From: an uncultured Verrucomicrobiae bacterium
GTDB lineage: Bacteria > Verrucomicrobiota > Verrucomicrobiia > Chthoniobacterales > JAATET01
Assembly (NCBI GenBank): GCA_963719495.1
Contig: CAVRCI010000013.1
Location: 576,001 to 640,000, forward strand
Direction: 5' to 3'
Length of the DNA: 64,000 nucleotides
The notes beneath the pieces are model-generated. The model did no database searches. It was not told the origin of the DNA and saw only the letters and a program-made list of their open reading frames with translations. The translations under genes were made by a program, and so were the position numbers. Of the stretch, positions 1-8,991 are shown piece by piece; positions within the stretch are counted from its first letter, which is position 1; each line of letters opens with the position of its first letter.

Positions 1-429
1 GAATTCGCCAATCGTTTCGCTCTGCGCGGCCTCACGCCGAAGGGCGGCTACGAGGTCCGCTACAATCAGCAGCAGGACGAAATCCGACTCACCTTCCTGG
101 GCCGAGGCGAGAATCCGCTCGAAAACATCGAACTCCTCGCCCGCGCTTCGGCGAAAAATTTCGACCCGGTTCAGCTCGTCGACGTGATCGCCAAAAACGA
201 GGAGGAACTCCCGTGGATCCAAAAAACGACCGACCCGGAGAATGGCCGTCGCACCGTGACGGTCCTCCCCTTCGGCGGTGCCCCGGATGCGCCCCGCGTC
301 CTGGTCAGCACGAGCGCCAGCACGGGCTTCGTCTCGCTGAACGTCGAGAACGCCCGCGACATGAGCCCCGCCGAAGCGCTCCTGGTCGCCGGAGCGATCG
401 CCAAAGCCGCCAGTCTGGCGGCGGAGTAA
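1..429 (+). CDS. Hypothetical protein, 5'-truncated by window edge
   Basis: Frame 1 is open from base 1 (EFANRFALRGLTPKGG...) to TAA at 427-429 with GC3-rich codon usage; no family recognised. Confidence 0.7.
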   Translation, partial: EFANRFALRGLTPKGGYEVRYNQQQDEIRLTFLGRGENPLENIELLARASAKNFDPVQLVDVIAKNEEELPWIQKTTDPENGRRTVTVLPFGGAPDAPRVLVSTSASTGFVSLNVENARDMSPAEALLVAGAIAKAASLAAE

Positions 430-495
430 TCCCGGATTCGGTCGAGGACCGGGTTGAGAGTATTTTCAAGTCAATTGGACGATCTGATCAATCGA

Positions 496-557
496 GCGGG
501 GGGAGGGCGTCTCGCCCTCCTGATCCAAACACGAGGACGAGACGTCCTCGCCCCGCT
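496..557. repeat. REP-like double hairpin (family A)
   Basis: GGAGGGCGTCTCGCCCTCC..GAGGACGAGACGTCCTC; a close copy lies at 50896-50955; both sit between convergent genes. Confidence 0.75.
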
Positions 558-599
558 TTCGTCGGCTTTCGCCGAGGCCACGCGTGACTTTGCAAATGC

Positions 600-1007
600 T
601 CAGCGCAGAACGCCGTCCTTTCGCACCGGCACCTCGATTCCCTCCCTCGCCGAGCCGGATGCAAGCACGCGTTTCGGACCCAGAATGTTCGAATACCAGA
701 CTGCGTCGTAGATGGTGATTTGCGCGATGAGACGGTAGTCGCCCTCTGGCGTGATCAGCGATGCCTCGTAGGGGAGTCCGAAGGAGATTGGGAATGAGTC
801 GCCGCTCGGTTTCGTTTCCTCGGCGATCGGGCGCGCCGCCGGACCCGCCGCCGCCGCGTCGACCAGGAGCAAGGTCAGTTTGGCCGAAGCGGGCAGAGTC
901 AGCGGGGTGTCGGTCGTGACCGTCCCAGACAGAGTCGCCGCCGACCGGTCCGGTGCGGTGGCGCACCCGGTCAGAACCAAGGACAGGAGGACGAGACAGC
1001 GCTTCAT
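600..1007 (-). CDS. ybaY: YbaY-family lipoprotein
   Basis: Lipobox LTGC; LSGTVT..LTLPASAKLTLLLVD, FPISFGLPY and YRLIAQI motifs. Confidence 0.8.
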   Translation of the reverse strand: MKRCLVLLSLVLTGCATAPDRSAATLSGTVTTDTPLTLPASAKLTLLLVDAAAAGPAARPIAEETKPSGDSFPISFGLPYEASLITPEGDYRLIAQITIYDAVWYSNILGPKRVLASGSAREGIEVPVRKDGVLR

Positions 1008-1065
1008 GTCCGCGGAGTAGGGACCCATCTTCGCCGGGCGTCGCGAGCGTCTCCGGACGAACTGG

Positions 1066-2073
1066 CTACCGTTTGACCTTCACCGGGATCACGTTCACCC
1101 GATACGAGAATTTCCGTTTTTTGCCGGTCGCTTGGTCGCGGACGTTCGTGACCTTGATCGTGAGTTTTCGCGGCTTGCGTCCGTTCACGTCGAGGTGGTT
1201 GCGGTTGTCGATTCGTTCGCTGAAGACGAAGAATTGCCGAAAGCGAAGTTTGGGTTCGAAGACCACGGCGGGACTCCCGAACCCGGGGGTGGTGTCGATC
1301 ACTTTGGTGCCCACCCGTTTTTTTCCGTCCCGGACGCTCACCTTCGCCTTGGAAAAATCCGCGCCATCCAACGAGAAGGAGAATCTCGGATGGACCAAGG
1401 TGTGCGGCACATTGCCGGGCGGCGGCCAGGCTACGAAATTATCGCGCGGCTGCCGGGAGCTCACCCGCGTGCGGTCGGGATGCACCCACAGCGCGTTCGC
1501 GCCGAAGACACCGCGCTGGTAGGCGTTGCCCGAGCCCATTTCGATGGATGCCGGGTAGAGAACCCAGCGGCGATGGCCGACCGATTTGTTGGTGTCGCCC
1601 GGGTCCTCGATGTAGCCCGCGATGGCGAGCGGGCCGGTGTAGCTGAGATAAAGATTCGACTTACCCGCCGCCTCAGCCCCGTCGGGCGTGTAGAATGCCC
1701 ACGTCGTCGGGGGCGAGTGGCTGAGCGCATTCTGTCCCGCCATCATCAACGCGGCGGCGGCGGCTTTCTGATTCCAATCTTCGCGGAATGTGACCGGCCC
1801 GACCCCCGCCATCGCTCGGTAAAAATTGACCGCTCGGAGGGTGGCAGCCTGGTAGCGGTTCGACGTCGGTCCCGCGATGCCGGCTTCGAGATTGCCCCGC
1901 CACTGCGGCTTGACCTTGGTCGTGCGGAGAAGCTGGCGGTAATTCTTGAGAACGGACGATTTGCTTTTGACGTTCAGCTTGCCCGCGTTCGCCGCCGGCA
2001 GCGGAAGCCCGAAAAAGCAAATGGCCGTGCTCAGGACCAATCCGGGGAAGAGAAACTTTGGTTTCGTTGTCAT
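1066..2073 (-). CDS. Secreted CAP/SCP-domain protein, very basic
   Basis: Signal peptide; VNFYRAMAG, LSHSPP, SNL and GHRRWVL CAP motifs. Confidence 0.8.
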   Translation of the reverse strand: MTTKPKFLFPGLVLSTAICFFGLPLPAANAGKLNVKSKSSVLKNYRQLLRTTKVKPQWRGNLEAGIAGPTSNRYQAATLRAVNFYRAMAGVGPVTFREDWNQKAAAAALMMAGQNALSHSPPTTWAFYTPDGAEAAGKSNLYLSYTGPLAIAGYIEDPGDTNKSVGHRRWVLYPASIEMGSGNAYQRGVFGANALWVHPDRTRVSSRQPRDNFVAWPPPGNVPHTLVHPRFSFSLDGADFSKAKVSVRDGKKRVGTKVIDTTPGFGSPAVVFEPKLRFRQFFVFSERIDNRNHLDVNGRKPRKLTIKVTNVRDQATGKKRKFSYRVNVIPVKVKR

Positions 2074-2080
2074 TTCCGTG

Positions 2081-2109
2081 ATGCTAGGCCGTATCATCAG
2101 GTATTGCAA
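2081..2109 (-). promoter_or_regulatory. Sigma70-like promoter of the CAP gene (likely leaderless mRNA)
   Basis: TTGCAA-17 bp-TAGCAT, then 7 nt to ATG. Confidence 0.55.
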
Positions 2110-2174
2110 ATTGCTTTCGAACTTCGGCTCGGCGATCGCTGGAAAGTCGTCGGGTTTGCGGCTCTACTCACCGC

Positions 2175-4535
2175 GTGCCACCGCCGCCAAAAGACCCGAC
2201 GATCGAATTGACCGAAAAATCGCTCATGGGCATGGGCGGCTGGCAGATTTGGAAGCACGCCCGCGAGATCCACGAACTCGGCCGCGTCACGGAGGCGACC
2301 TACGAGCCGCCGCTGCTCAAGGGGCGGATCACGGAGGGCGGGAAGGAATTCCTGGCCGGATTGCGGTTCAACAACCGAATCGACGTCGACAACCTCTGCC
2401 CGTGCCGCGACTCCCGCGTCCGCGGCCTCATCTGCGCCCACTCGATCGCCGTCGGTCTACAGGTGATCAAACCCCGGACCGCCCGGTCCGCGGCCAAGAC
2501 TGAAGAGACAGCGCTCCGCTCATCCGCCACGGCGTCGACGACCGAGCGCCCCACCGTTCAGCTCACGATCGAAGGCTCGCTCCGCCACCTCGAGGCCAAC
2601 ATCTCCTTCCAATATGAGCGCCCCGGGGCCAGCAACCCCGCCGCCGAGGGCGCCGCGCTTGCGCGCCTCGTCGAGGCCGGCTTCAAGGAGGTGAAGGGCA
2701 AGGCCGTGATCCAGGGCGAGCCCGAGGCGATCCGTTTCTTTGCCGCGGAGCTGCCGAAGCTCAAGCAATCGTGGACCGTGACCGAGGGCGAACGGTTCCG
2801 GAACGTCACCAGTCAATTCGTCCGGATCGAACCCCACTTCGCGCTCCGCGAGGCCGCCGACGGGTTCCTCGATCTCCACGTTCACCACACCGCCGGCAGC
2901 GAAGCCGTCCTCTCGCAAGCCGACCTCACGCGGTTGCTGCGGGGCGGACAGAGCCACCTCAAACTCAAGAGCGGCCAGATCGCCGTGCCCGACGGAGCGC
3001 TCGCCGCCGACCTCGAAGCCATGCTCCGCGACTGCGACCCGCGGCAGCAGAAGGGCGGCTACCGGATCCCCGCCGTTCATCGTGGATTCGTCGAACGTTC
3101 GATCGCCGACTGGACCGATGCCGCCGCGCCCGACGCGAGCTCGACCGCCCAGCTCGGATCGCTGAAATCGCGCCTCCGGCCCTATCAGGTCGACGGGGCC
3201 CGCTGGCTCCTCGGTCAGGCGCAATCCGGCAGCGGTGCGCTCCTCGCCGACGAGATGGGCCTCGGCAAGACGATTCAGGCCCTCGCGATGATCGAGCAAC
3301 TCGACGGCCCCACGCTCGTCGTCTGTCCGTCGTCGCTGGTGTGGAATTGGAAGCGCGAAGCCCGGACTTTCCTGCCCGACCTGCCCGTGCTCTCGATCGA
3401 CGGCCCCGACCGCGCCCGCCGTTTCGCCGAGATTCCGCGCCACCGCCTCGTCGTCACGAGTTACGCGCTCCTGCGACGCGACCTCGAGCACTACCGCGGT
3501 ATCGATTTCGCCGCCGTCATCCTCGACGAGGCCCAGCACATCAAAAACCCCGACAGCCAGAACGCGAAGGCCGCCAACGCCCTCCCGGCCCGCAGCCGGT
3601 TCATCCTCACCGGCACACCGATCGAGAATGGCATCCGCGATCTCTGGTCGCTCTACGAATTTCTCCTCCCCGGCTACCTCGGCAGCCGCAAGGACTTCCA
3701 GGAACGCTACGAAAACCCGCTCCTCAACGGCGAACGCGGCGCGCTCTGGGCCCGGCTCCAACGCCGCATCCACCCGTTTCTCCTGCGCCGCCGGAAGTCC
3801 GAAATCCTTGATGACCTCCCCGACAAGATCGAACAAATCATCGAGGTCGAGCTCACCGACAAACAGAAAGCCGCCTACACCCAGCTCCAGCGCAGCGCCC
3901 GCGACCAGATCGACGCCCTGGCGAAGGATCAGGGTGGCGCGGCCCGCATGAAGGCGCTCACCGCGCTGCTCCGACTCCGCCAGGCCTGTTGCGACCTGCG
4001 TCTCCTCGGCGGCGAACTCCCCACCGAGCAATCGTCCGCCAAACTCACCGCCCTGCTCGAGCTCCTCGACGAGTCCATCGACGGCGGTCACCGGACGCTC
4101 GTATTCAGCCAGTTCACCGGCATGCTCGACCGCATCGGCACGGCCTTGGAGGAAAACGGCATCGCCTTCTGCCGCCTCGATGGGTCGACGAAAAATCGCG
4201 AGGCCGTCGTCGATCGTTTCCAGGAAAACGACGACATTCCCGTCTTCCTCATCAGCCTCAAAGCCGGCGGCGTCGGCCTCAACCTCACCGCCGCCGACAC
4301 GGTCATCCACTTCGACCCCTGGTGGAACCCGGCGGTCGAGGCGCAGGCCACCGACCGCGCCCACCGCATCGGCCAGCGCAACGTCGTCACCTCGATCAAA
4401 CTGATCGCCCGCGACACCGTCGAAGAGCGCGTCCTCGACCTCCAGCGCAAGAAGCGCGAACTCCTCGAAGGCACCGTCGACGCCGACGACGCGCTGGCGA
4501 ACTTCGCGCCGGAAGATCTGGCCGATCTGATCTGA
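2175..4535 (+). CDS. SWIM zinc finger + SNF2-family helicase/ATPase
   Basis: CPC..CAH SWIM motif; LADEMGLGKT, DEAQ, TGTPIEN and QATDRAHRIGQ. Confidence 0.92.
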   Translation: MPPPPKDPTIELTEKSLMGMGGWQIWKHAREIHELGRVTEATYEPPLLKGRITEGGKEFLAGLRFNNRIDVDNLCPCRDSRVRGLICAHSIAVGLQVIKPRTARSAAKTEETALRSSATASTTERPTVQLTIEGSLRHLEANISFQYERPGASNPAAEGAALARLVEAGFKEVKGKAVIQGEPEAIRFFAAELPKLKQSWTVTEGERFRNVTSQFVRIEPHFALREAADGFLDLHVHHTAGSEAVLSQADLTRLLRGGQSHLKLKSGQIAVPDGALAADLEAMLRDCDPRQQKGGYRIPAVHRGFVERSIADWTDAAAPDASSTAQLGSLKSRLRPYQVDGARWLLGQAQSGSGALLADEMGLGKTIQALAMIEQLDGPTLVVCPSSLVWNWKREARTFLPDLPVLSIDGPDRARRFAEIPRHRLVVTSYALLRRDLEHYRGIDFAAVILDEAQHIKNPDSQNAKAANALPARSRFILTGTPIENGIRDLWSLYEFLLPGYLGSRKDFQERYENPLLNGERGALWARLQRRIHPFLLRRRKSEILDDLPDKIEQIIEVELTDKQKAAYTQLQRSARDQIDALAKDQGGAARMKALTALLRLRQACCDLRLLGGELPTEQSSAKLTALLELLDESIDGGHRTLVFSQFTGMLDRIGTALEENGIAFCRLDGSTKNREAVVDRFQENDDIPVFLISLKAGGVGLNLTAADTVIHFDPWWNPAVEAQATDRAHRIGQRNVVTSIKLIARDTVEERVLDLQRKKRELLEGTVDADDALANFAPEDLADLI

Positions 4536-4537
4536 AC

Positions 4538-4596
4538 GTGGCATCGGCTTGCCTTCGGCGGTCTTCGCTTCGCTCCGGCTGGAAGCCGATGCCAGC
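4538..4596. repeat. REP-like palindrome (family B) carrying a 31-bp core element
   Basis: TGGCATCGGCTT...AAGCCGATGCCA arms around TTGCCTTCGGCGGTCTTCGCTTCGCTCCGGC; related copies at 32853, 50767 and 59385. Confidence 0.75.
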
Positions 4597-4645
4597 GCTG
4601 AGTTTTGCACCCACCCACCCGCCCCGCGGCGCGCGAAGTAGCGGC

Positions 4646-5530
4646 ATGACTGAAGAAGCCAAACTCATCGACCCCCGCGAGCGGTATCCCAAACCGCCCT
4701 ATCCCAAGCAGTCCCAGAAGCCGCCCGGCACCGACGCCGGGCTGAACCCGCGCGCCGACCACGGCGAGACGTCCTACTTCGGCAGCGGAAAAATGGCCGG
4801 CCTCACCGCGCTCGTCACCGGAGCCGACAGCGGCATCGGTCGGGCGATCGCGATCGCCTACGCCCGCGAAGGCGCGAACGTTCTCATCTCGTATCTGAGC
4901 GAGGACGCCGACGCCAAGGAAACGGCGAAATGGGTGCGCGAAGCGGGTTGCGACGCCGTCTGCGTGCCGGGCGACATCGCCGATCCCGAGCACTGCAAGG
5001 CGCTGGTCGCGCGGTGCGTCGAGGAATTCGACGGCCTCGATGTGCTGGTCAACAACGCGGCGCACCAGCGGACGATGGACGCGATCGAGGATTTCGACAC
5101 CGCGGAGTTCGAGCGCACCTTCCAGGTGAACGTTTTTGGGATGTTCAACCTCTGCAAAGCCGCGCTCGAGCACCTGCCGCCCGGCGGCACCATCATCAAC
5201 ACGGCCTCGATCCAGGCTCAGGACCCGAGCGGTCCGCTGCTCGCCTACGCGACCACGAAGGGCGCGATCATCACGTTCACCCGCGGCCTCGCCGACCTGG
5301 CCATCAAGCAGGGGGTGCGCGTGAACGCCGTCGCTCCGGGTCCGATCTGGACGCCCCTCATTCCAGCGACCATGCCGGCGGAGAAAGTCGAGAGTTTTGG
5401 AGACACCACGCCGATCGGCCGCGCCGGGCAACCCGCCGAGCTCGCGGCGGCCTACGTTTACCTCGCCACGAAGGATTCGAGTTACGTGACCGGCGAAGTG
5501 ATCGCGGTCACCGGTGGACGGTTGATGTAG
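4646..5530 (+). CDS. SDR-family oxidoreductase (YghA/YdaD-like)
   Basis: TGADSGIGRA, NNAA, YATTK and VAPGPIWTPLIP. Confidence 0.9.
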   Translation: MTEEAKLIDPRERYPKPPYPKQSQKPPGTDAGLNPRADHGETSYFGSGKMAGLTALVTGADSGIGRAIAIAYAREGANVLISYLSEDADAKETAKWVREAGCDAVCVPGDIADPEHCKALVARCVEEFDGLDVLVNNAAHQRTMDAIEDFDTAEFERTFQVNVFGMFNLCKAALEHLPPGGTIINTASIQAQDPSGPLLAYATTKGAIITFTRGLADLAIKQGVRVNAVAPGPIWTPLIPATMPAEKVESFGDTTPIGRAGQPAELAAAYVYLATKDSSYVTGEVIAVTGGRLM

Positions 5531-5558
5531 TCCGCCCCTTCGCCTACAACGCGGGGGA

Positions 5559-6650
5559 ATGCGATTCCTCCCCACCGCCACGCTCCTCATCCTCATGACC
5601 ACGATCGCCCAAGCCGCGCCCGAACGTTTTTTCATCGGCACCTACACGGAGGACGAGGGGAGCCGCGGGATCTACACCGGCACGCTCGATTCGGAAACCG
5701 GCACCCTGAGCCCGCTCGAACTCGCCGCCGAAGCGAAGAATCCGGGCTACCTCGCGCTGGCGCCGGACGGTCAGACGCTCTACGCCGCCAGCGAGGATGA
5801 GACGGCGATCGTGGTCGCGTTCTCGGTGGGGGAGGGCGGCAAGCTGACGCGGTTGAACGACCAACCCACGGGTGGGAAGGGTGCCTGCTTCGTTTCGGTG
5901 CAGCCGTCCGGCGGGCACGTCTTCGTCGCGAATTACGGCTCCGGCTCGATCGCCGCGTTTCCGGTCGACGCCGACGGGGCGCTCGGCGAGCGCTCCGGCT
6001 TCGCCGAGTTCGAGGGCAGCGGCCCGAACGAGAAGCGGCAGAAGGGGCCCCACGCGCACAGCATCTACCCGGTCGGCGACGATCGGGTCGTCGCCTGCGA
6101 TCTCGGGACGGATCACGTCTGGCGATTTCGGTTGGTGGACGGGGAATTTGTGCCGGAGCCGGCTGCGACCGTGAAGCCGGGCTCCGGTCCGCGCCACCTC
6201 GCCATGGCCGCCGACGGAAGCACGGCCTACGTCGTAGGCGAGATGGGGTTGGACGTCTCGACGTTCGCCGTCGATCCGGCGACGGGGGAATTCACGCCAC
6301 GTCACACGATCCCGACGCACCCGCAGCCGGTCGATGGCATCAAACTCGCCGCGATCAAGCTCGATCCCGCCGGAAAATTTGCGACGGTCTCCAGCCGCGG
6401 CGACGACGAATTGATCGTTTACCGGCTCACCGGCGACGCCGGCCTGGAGCGCGTCGAAGCCGTCCCCTCGGTCGTCGAAGCCCCGCGTGATTTCAGCTAC
6501 GATCCGTCGGGCCGGTGGCTGATCGCCGCCGGACAGGACGACGACCGGCTCGTCGTCTTCGAGGTCGACGCCGACAGCGGCAAGCTCACGCCGACCGAAG
6601 AATCCGCGACCCTCGGCAAACCGGTGTGCGTCGTTTTCGCGGGCGAGTGA
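5559..6650 (+). CDS. pgl: Lactonase family beta-propeller (6-phosphogluconolactonase/cycloisomerase-like)
   Basis: FIGTYT, NPGYL, ANYGSG, PHAH, GSGPRH and PRDF. Confidence 0.85.
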   Translation: MRFLPTATLLILMTTIAQAAPERFFIGTYTEDEGSRGIYTGTLDSETGTLSPLELAAEAKNPGYLALAPDGQTLYAASEDETAIVVAFSVGEGGKLTRLNDQPTGGKGACFVSVQPSGGHVFVANYGSGSIAAFPVDADGALGERSGFAEFEGSGPNEKRQKGPHAHSIYPVGDDRVVACDLGTDHVWRFRLVDGEFVPEPAATVKPGSGPRHLAMAADGSTAYVVGEMGLDVSTFAVDPATGEFTPRHTIPTHPQPVDGIKLAAIKLDPAGKFATVSSRGDDELIVYRLTGDAGLERVEAVPSVVEAPRDFSYDPSGRWLIAAGQDDDRLVVFEVDADSGKLTPTEESATLGKPVCVVFAGE

Positions 6651-6676
6651 CGGCGGGACGGCCCCACTCCGGAAAT

Positions 6677-6705
6677 TTGCAATTCTCCCGACACCCGGCT
6701 ACTTT
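6677..6705 (+). promoter_or_regulatory. Sigma70-like promoter of the FKBP gene
   Basis: TTGCAA-17 bp-TACTTT, 9 nt before ATG 6715. Confidence 0.55.
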
Positions 6706-6714
6706 CCCGGCCTT

Positions 6715-7164
6715 ATGCAAATCCGCACCCTCGGCGTCATCCTACTCACCTTCATCCCAACTCTACTCATGGCCCAATCCGCACTCGAAAAAGGACAGGA
6801 ATATCTCGCCGAAAACGGCAAGCGTTCCGAAGTCACCACCACCGCCTCCGGCCTCCAATACGAGGTCCTCACCGAAGGCACCGGTAAAATGCCGAAGGCC
6901 ACCGACACCGTCGAGGTCAACTACCGCGGCACGACGATCGACGGCACGGAATTCGACAGTTCCTACAAGCGCGGCGAGTCGATCAGCTTCCCGCTCGACG
7001 GCGTGATCGCCGGCTGGACCGAGGGCGTGCAGCTCATGAAGGAAGGCGCCAAGTATCGTTTCTTCATCCCGTCCGAGCTCGCCTACGGCAAACGCGGAGC
7101 CGGTGGAGCCATCGGTCCCGACGAGACCCTCATCTTCGACGTCGAGCTGATCGAAGTGAAGTAA
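6715..7164 (+). CDS. FKBP-type peptidyl-prolyl isomerase
   Basis: TASGLQY, EFDSSY, VIAGWTEG, LAYG and LIFDVEL. Confidence 0.95.
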   Translation: MQIRTLGVILLTFIPTLLMAQSALEKGQEYLAENGKRSEVTTTASGLQYEVLTEGTGKMPKATDTVEVNYRGTTIDGTEFDSSYKRGESISFPLDGVIAGWTEGVQLMKEGAKYRFFIPSELAYGKRGAGGAIGPDETLIFDVELIEVK

Positions 7165-7910
7165 CCGACCGCATCCGCCCAAGCTTCGCCGACCGGGGTC
7201 CAATCCCCGGTCGCCGGATCGACCAGGGCCACCGTCTTCCACGGTGACCGCCGCCACGCCAACTCGAACCAGGCGTAGCGTTCCAAAAACGGCAGCCCCT
7301 CGAGCATCGGCACCACTTCCCGGACGAACGCCGCGTTCCGCTCCGCCGTCACCGGCGGGTCCGCGATCGCCAGCCAGCGCCCGGTCGAACCGGAGAACTC
7401 CGTCAGCCAAACCGGCCGCCGATATCGCTCCCAAGCATCCGTCAGAAATCCCCGCAACCCCGCGACGGCCCCCGGATCCGTCACGTCCCCATACCAATGG
7501 AGGCAGACGAAATCCACGCGCAGCCCGCGCTCGTCGGCCCCTTCCATGAACCGCTCGAGCCACGGGCGATCGGCCGCCGCCGGACTCCCGAGGCGCAACC
7601 CGGTCGCCTCCAACCGCGGCCACAGATCCAACGCCCGTTTGACGCTCAGGTTCGCCTGCGAACGCTTGTCCGGTTCGTTGAAGCCCAGCAGCACGCCGCT
7701 CCCCGCCCGCGTCGCCGCCGCCAAAGCCGCGTCCGTCGCGCCCGCCGCCCCCCAGATCATCGGCACGAACTCGGCCCCGAGCTCCGCCGCCACGACGGTC
7801 GGCGATTCCGTCCAATTGTAATACCATCCGCAACCCAGCGCATCGATCGCCCCGCCGAGCGACCCCAACCTCCCCGCGACGTGGGCCCAGCCGACCCCGG
7901 CGCGCTTCAA
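7083..7910 (-). CDS. Glycoside hydrolase family 128 (Asl1-like)
   Basis: WYYNW, FVPMIWG, GFNEPD, LHWY, VWLTEF and ERYAWF; probable TTG start overlapping the upstream TGA. Confidence 0.8.
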   Translation of the reverse strand: MKRAGVGWAHVAGRLGSLGGAIDALGCGWYYNWTESPTVVAAELGAEFVPMIWGAAGATDAALAAATRAGSGVLLGFNEPDKRSQANLSVKRALDLWPRLEATGLRLGSPAAADRPWLERFMEGADERGLRVDFVCLHWYGDVTDPGAVAGLRGFLTDAWERYRRPVWLTEFSGSTGRWLAIADPPVTAERNAAFVREVVPMLEGLPFLERYAWFELAWRRSPWKTVALVDPATGDWTPVGEAWADAVGYFTSISSTSKMRVSSGPMAPPAPRLP

Positions 7911-8227
7911 GGCACCGCCGCCAGCATGGCCGCCGCCGACACCCGTCCGTCCAGATCGAACGCCACGCCCTCGGATTTCAGCAGCGCAATCTTCCGGTCG
8001 AGCGCCTCCCCCGCGCGGTCGCCGTTGAATCCGCCGAGTCCCCGGTCCGCCGCCACCACGCGATGACACGGCACATCCGGCGCGTAGGGATTCGCCCGCA
8101 GAGCTTGACCCACCGCCCGCGCCGCCCCGCAGCCGACCGCCTCCGCCACCGCCTTGTAGCTCACGACCCGTCCCGCCGGGATCGTCCGCGTCACCTCGTA
8201 AACTTTTTCTTGAAAGGCCGTGGGCAT
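7907..8227 (-). CDS. O6-methylguanine-DNA methyltransferase, C-terminal domain only
   Basis: IPAGRVVSY, ARAVGQAL, NP and the PCHRV active-site motif. Confidence 0.88.
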   Translation of the reverse strand: MPTAFQEKVYEVTRTIPAGRVVSYKAVAEAVGCGAARAVGQALRANPYAPDVPCHRVVAADRGLGGFNGDRAGEALDRKIALLKSEGVAFDLDGRVSAAAMLAAVP

Positions 8228-8262
8228 TCCCGAGGTTCCTCCCAGCGCCCACCCCATAGCAA

Positions 8263-8991
8263 TTGAAAACCCCGCTCCGCCTCACCCCGATCGCTCTCGC
8301 GATCGTCGCCAGCTTTATCGCCCTGAACGAGGCACCCGCCGGCACCCTCGTCTCGGTCGACACCCCGGTCGGGTCGATGACCCTCGAACTCGAGGACGAC
8401 GCCAAGCCGAACACCGTCACGAACTTTCTCACCTACCTGAGCGACGGCCGCTACCAGAACCTCTTCTCCCACCGGCTCGACGACAATTTCGTCCTTCAGA
8501 CCGGCGGCTTCACGCTCACCGGCAACCAGATCGCCGCAGTCCCCACCGACGCGCCGATCGCCAGCGAATTCACGGTCGATCCCCGCTTCAGCAACACCTA
8601 CGGCACGATCGCCATGGCCAAGCTCAGCCAAGATCCCGACTCCGCGACTTCGCAGTGGTTCATCAACCTCGCGGACAACCTCTTTCTTGATTCGAGCAAC
8701 GGCGGCTTCACCGTCTTCGGCCGCGTCGTGGCCGGTTTCGACACGTTGGCGAAATTCAACACCGACTTCGTGAATCAAAGCACCGGCGGACAGGGCATCT
8801 ACGACGCCTCGGGCAATCTCGGTCCCGCCTTCGAAGAGCTTCCCCTACTCGCTGGCTCCCTGAATCCGGCGAATTTCATCCGGACCAATCTCGCCGTCGT
8901 CCCCGAGTCCGGCACCCTGCTTCTCGTGACCCTCGCCGCCGGACTCTTGTTCGCCCGTCACGCCGTCAGTCGCCCATCAGCGACTCGATGA
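8263..8991 (+). CDS. Cyclophilin-type PPIase with PEP-CTERM-like sorting signal
   Basis: Signal peptide; [28 protein letters not shown] and FTVFGRV; C-terminal VPESGTLLL + hydrophobic stretch + basic residues. Confidence 0.88.
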   Translation: MKTPLRLTPIALAIVASFIALNEAPAGTLVSVDTPVGSMTLELEDDAKPNTVTNFLTYLSDGRYQNLFSHRLDDNFVLQTGGFTLTGNQIAAVPTDAPIASEFTVDPRFSNTYGTIAMAKLSQDPDSATSQWFINLADNLFLDSSNGGFTVFGRVVAGFDTLAKFNTDFVNQSTGGQGIYDASGNLGPAFEELPLLAGSLNPANFIRTNLAVVPESGTLLLVTLAAGLLFARHAVSRPSATR

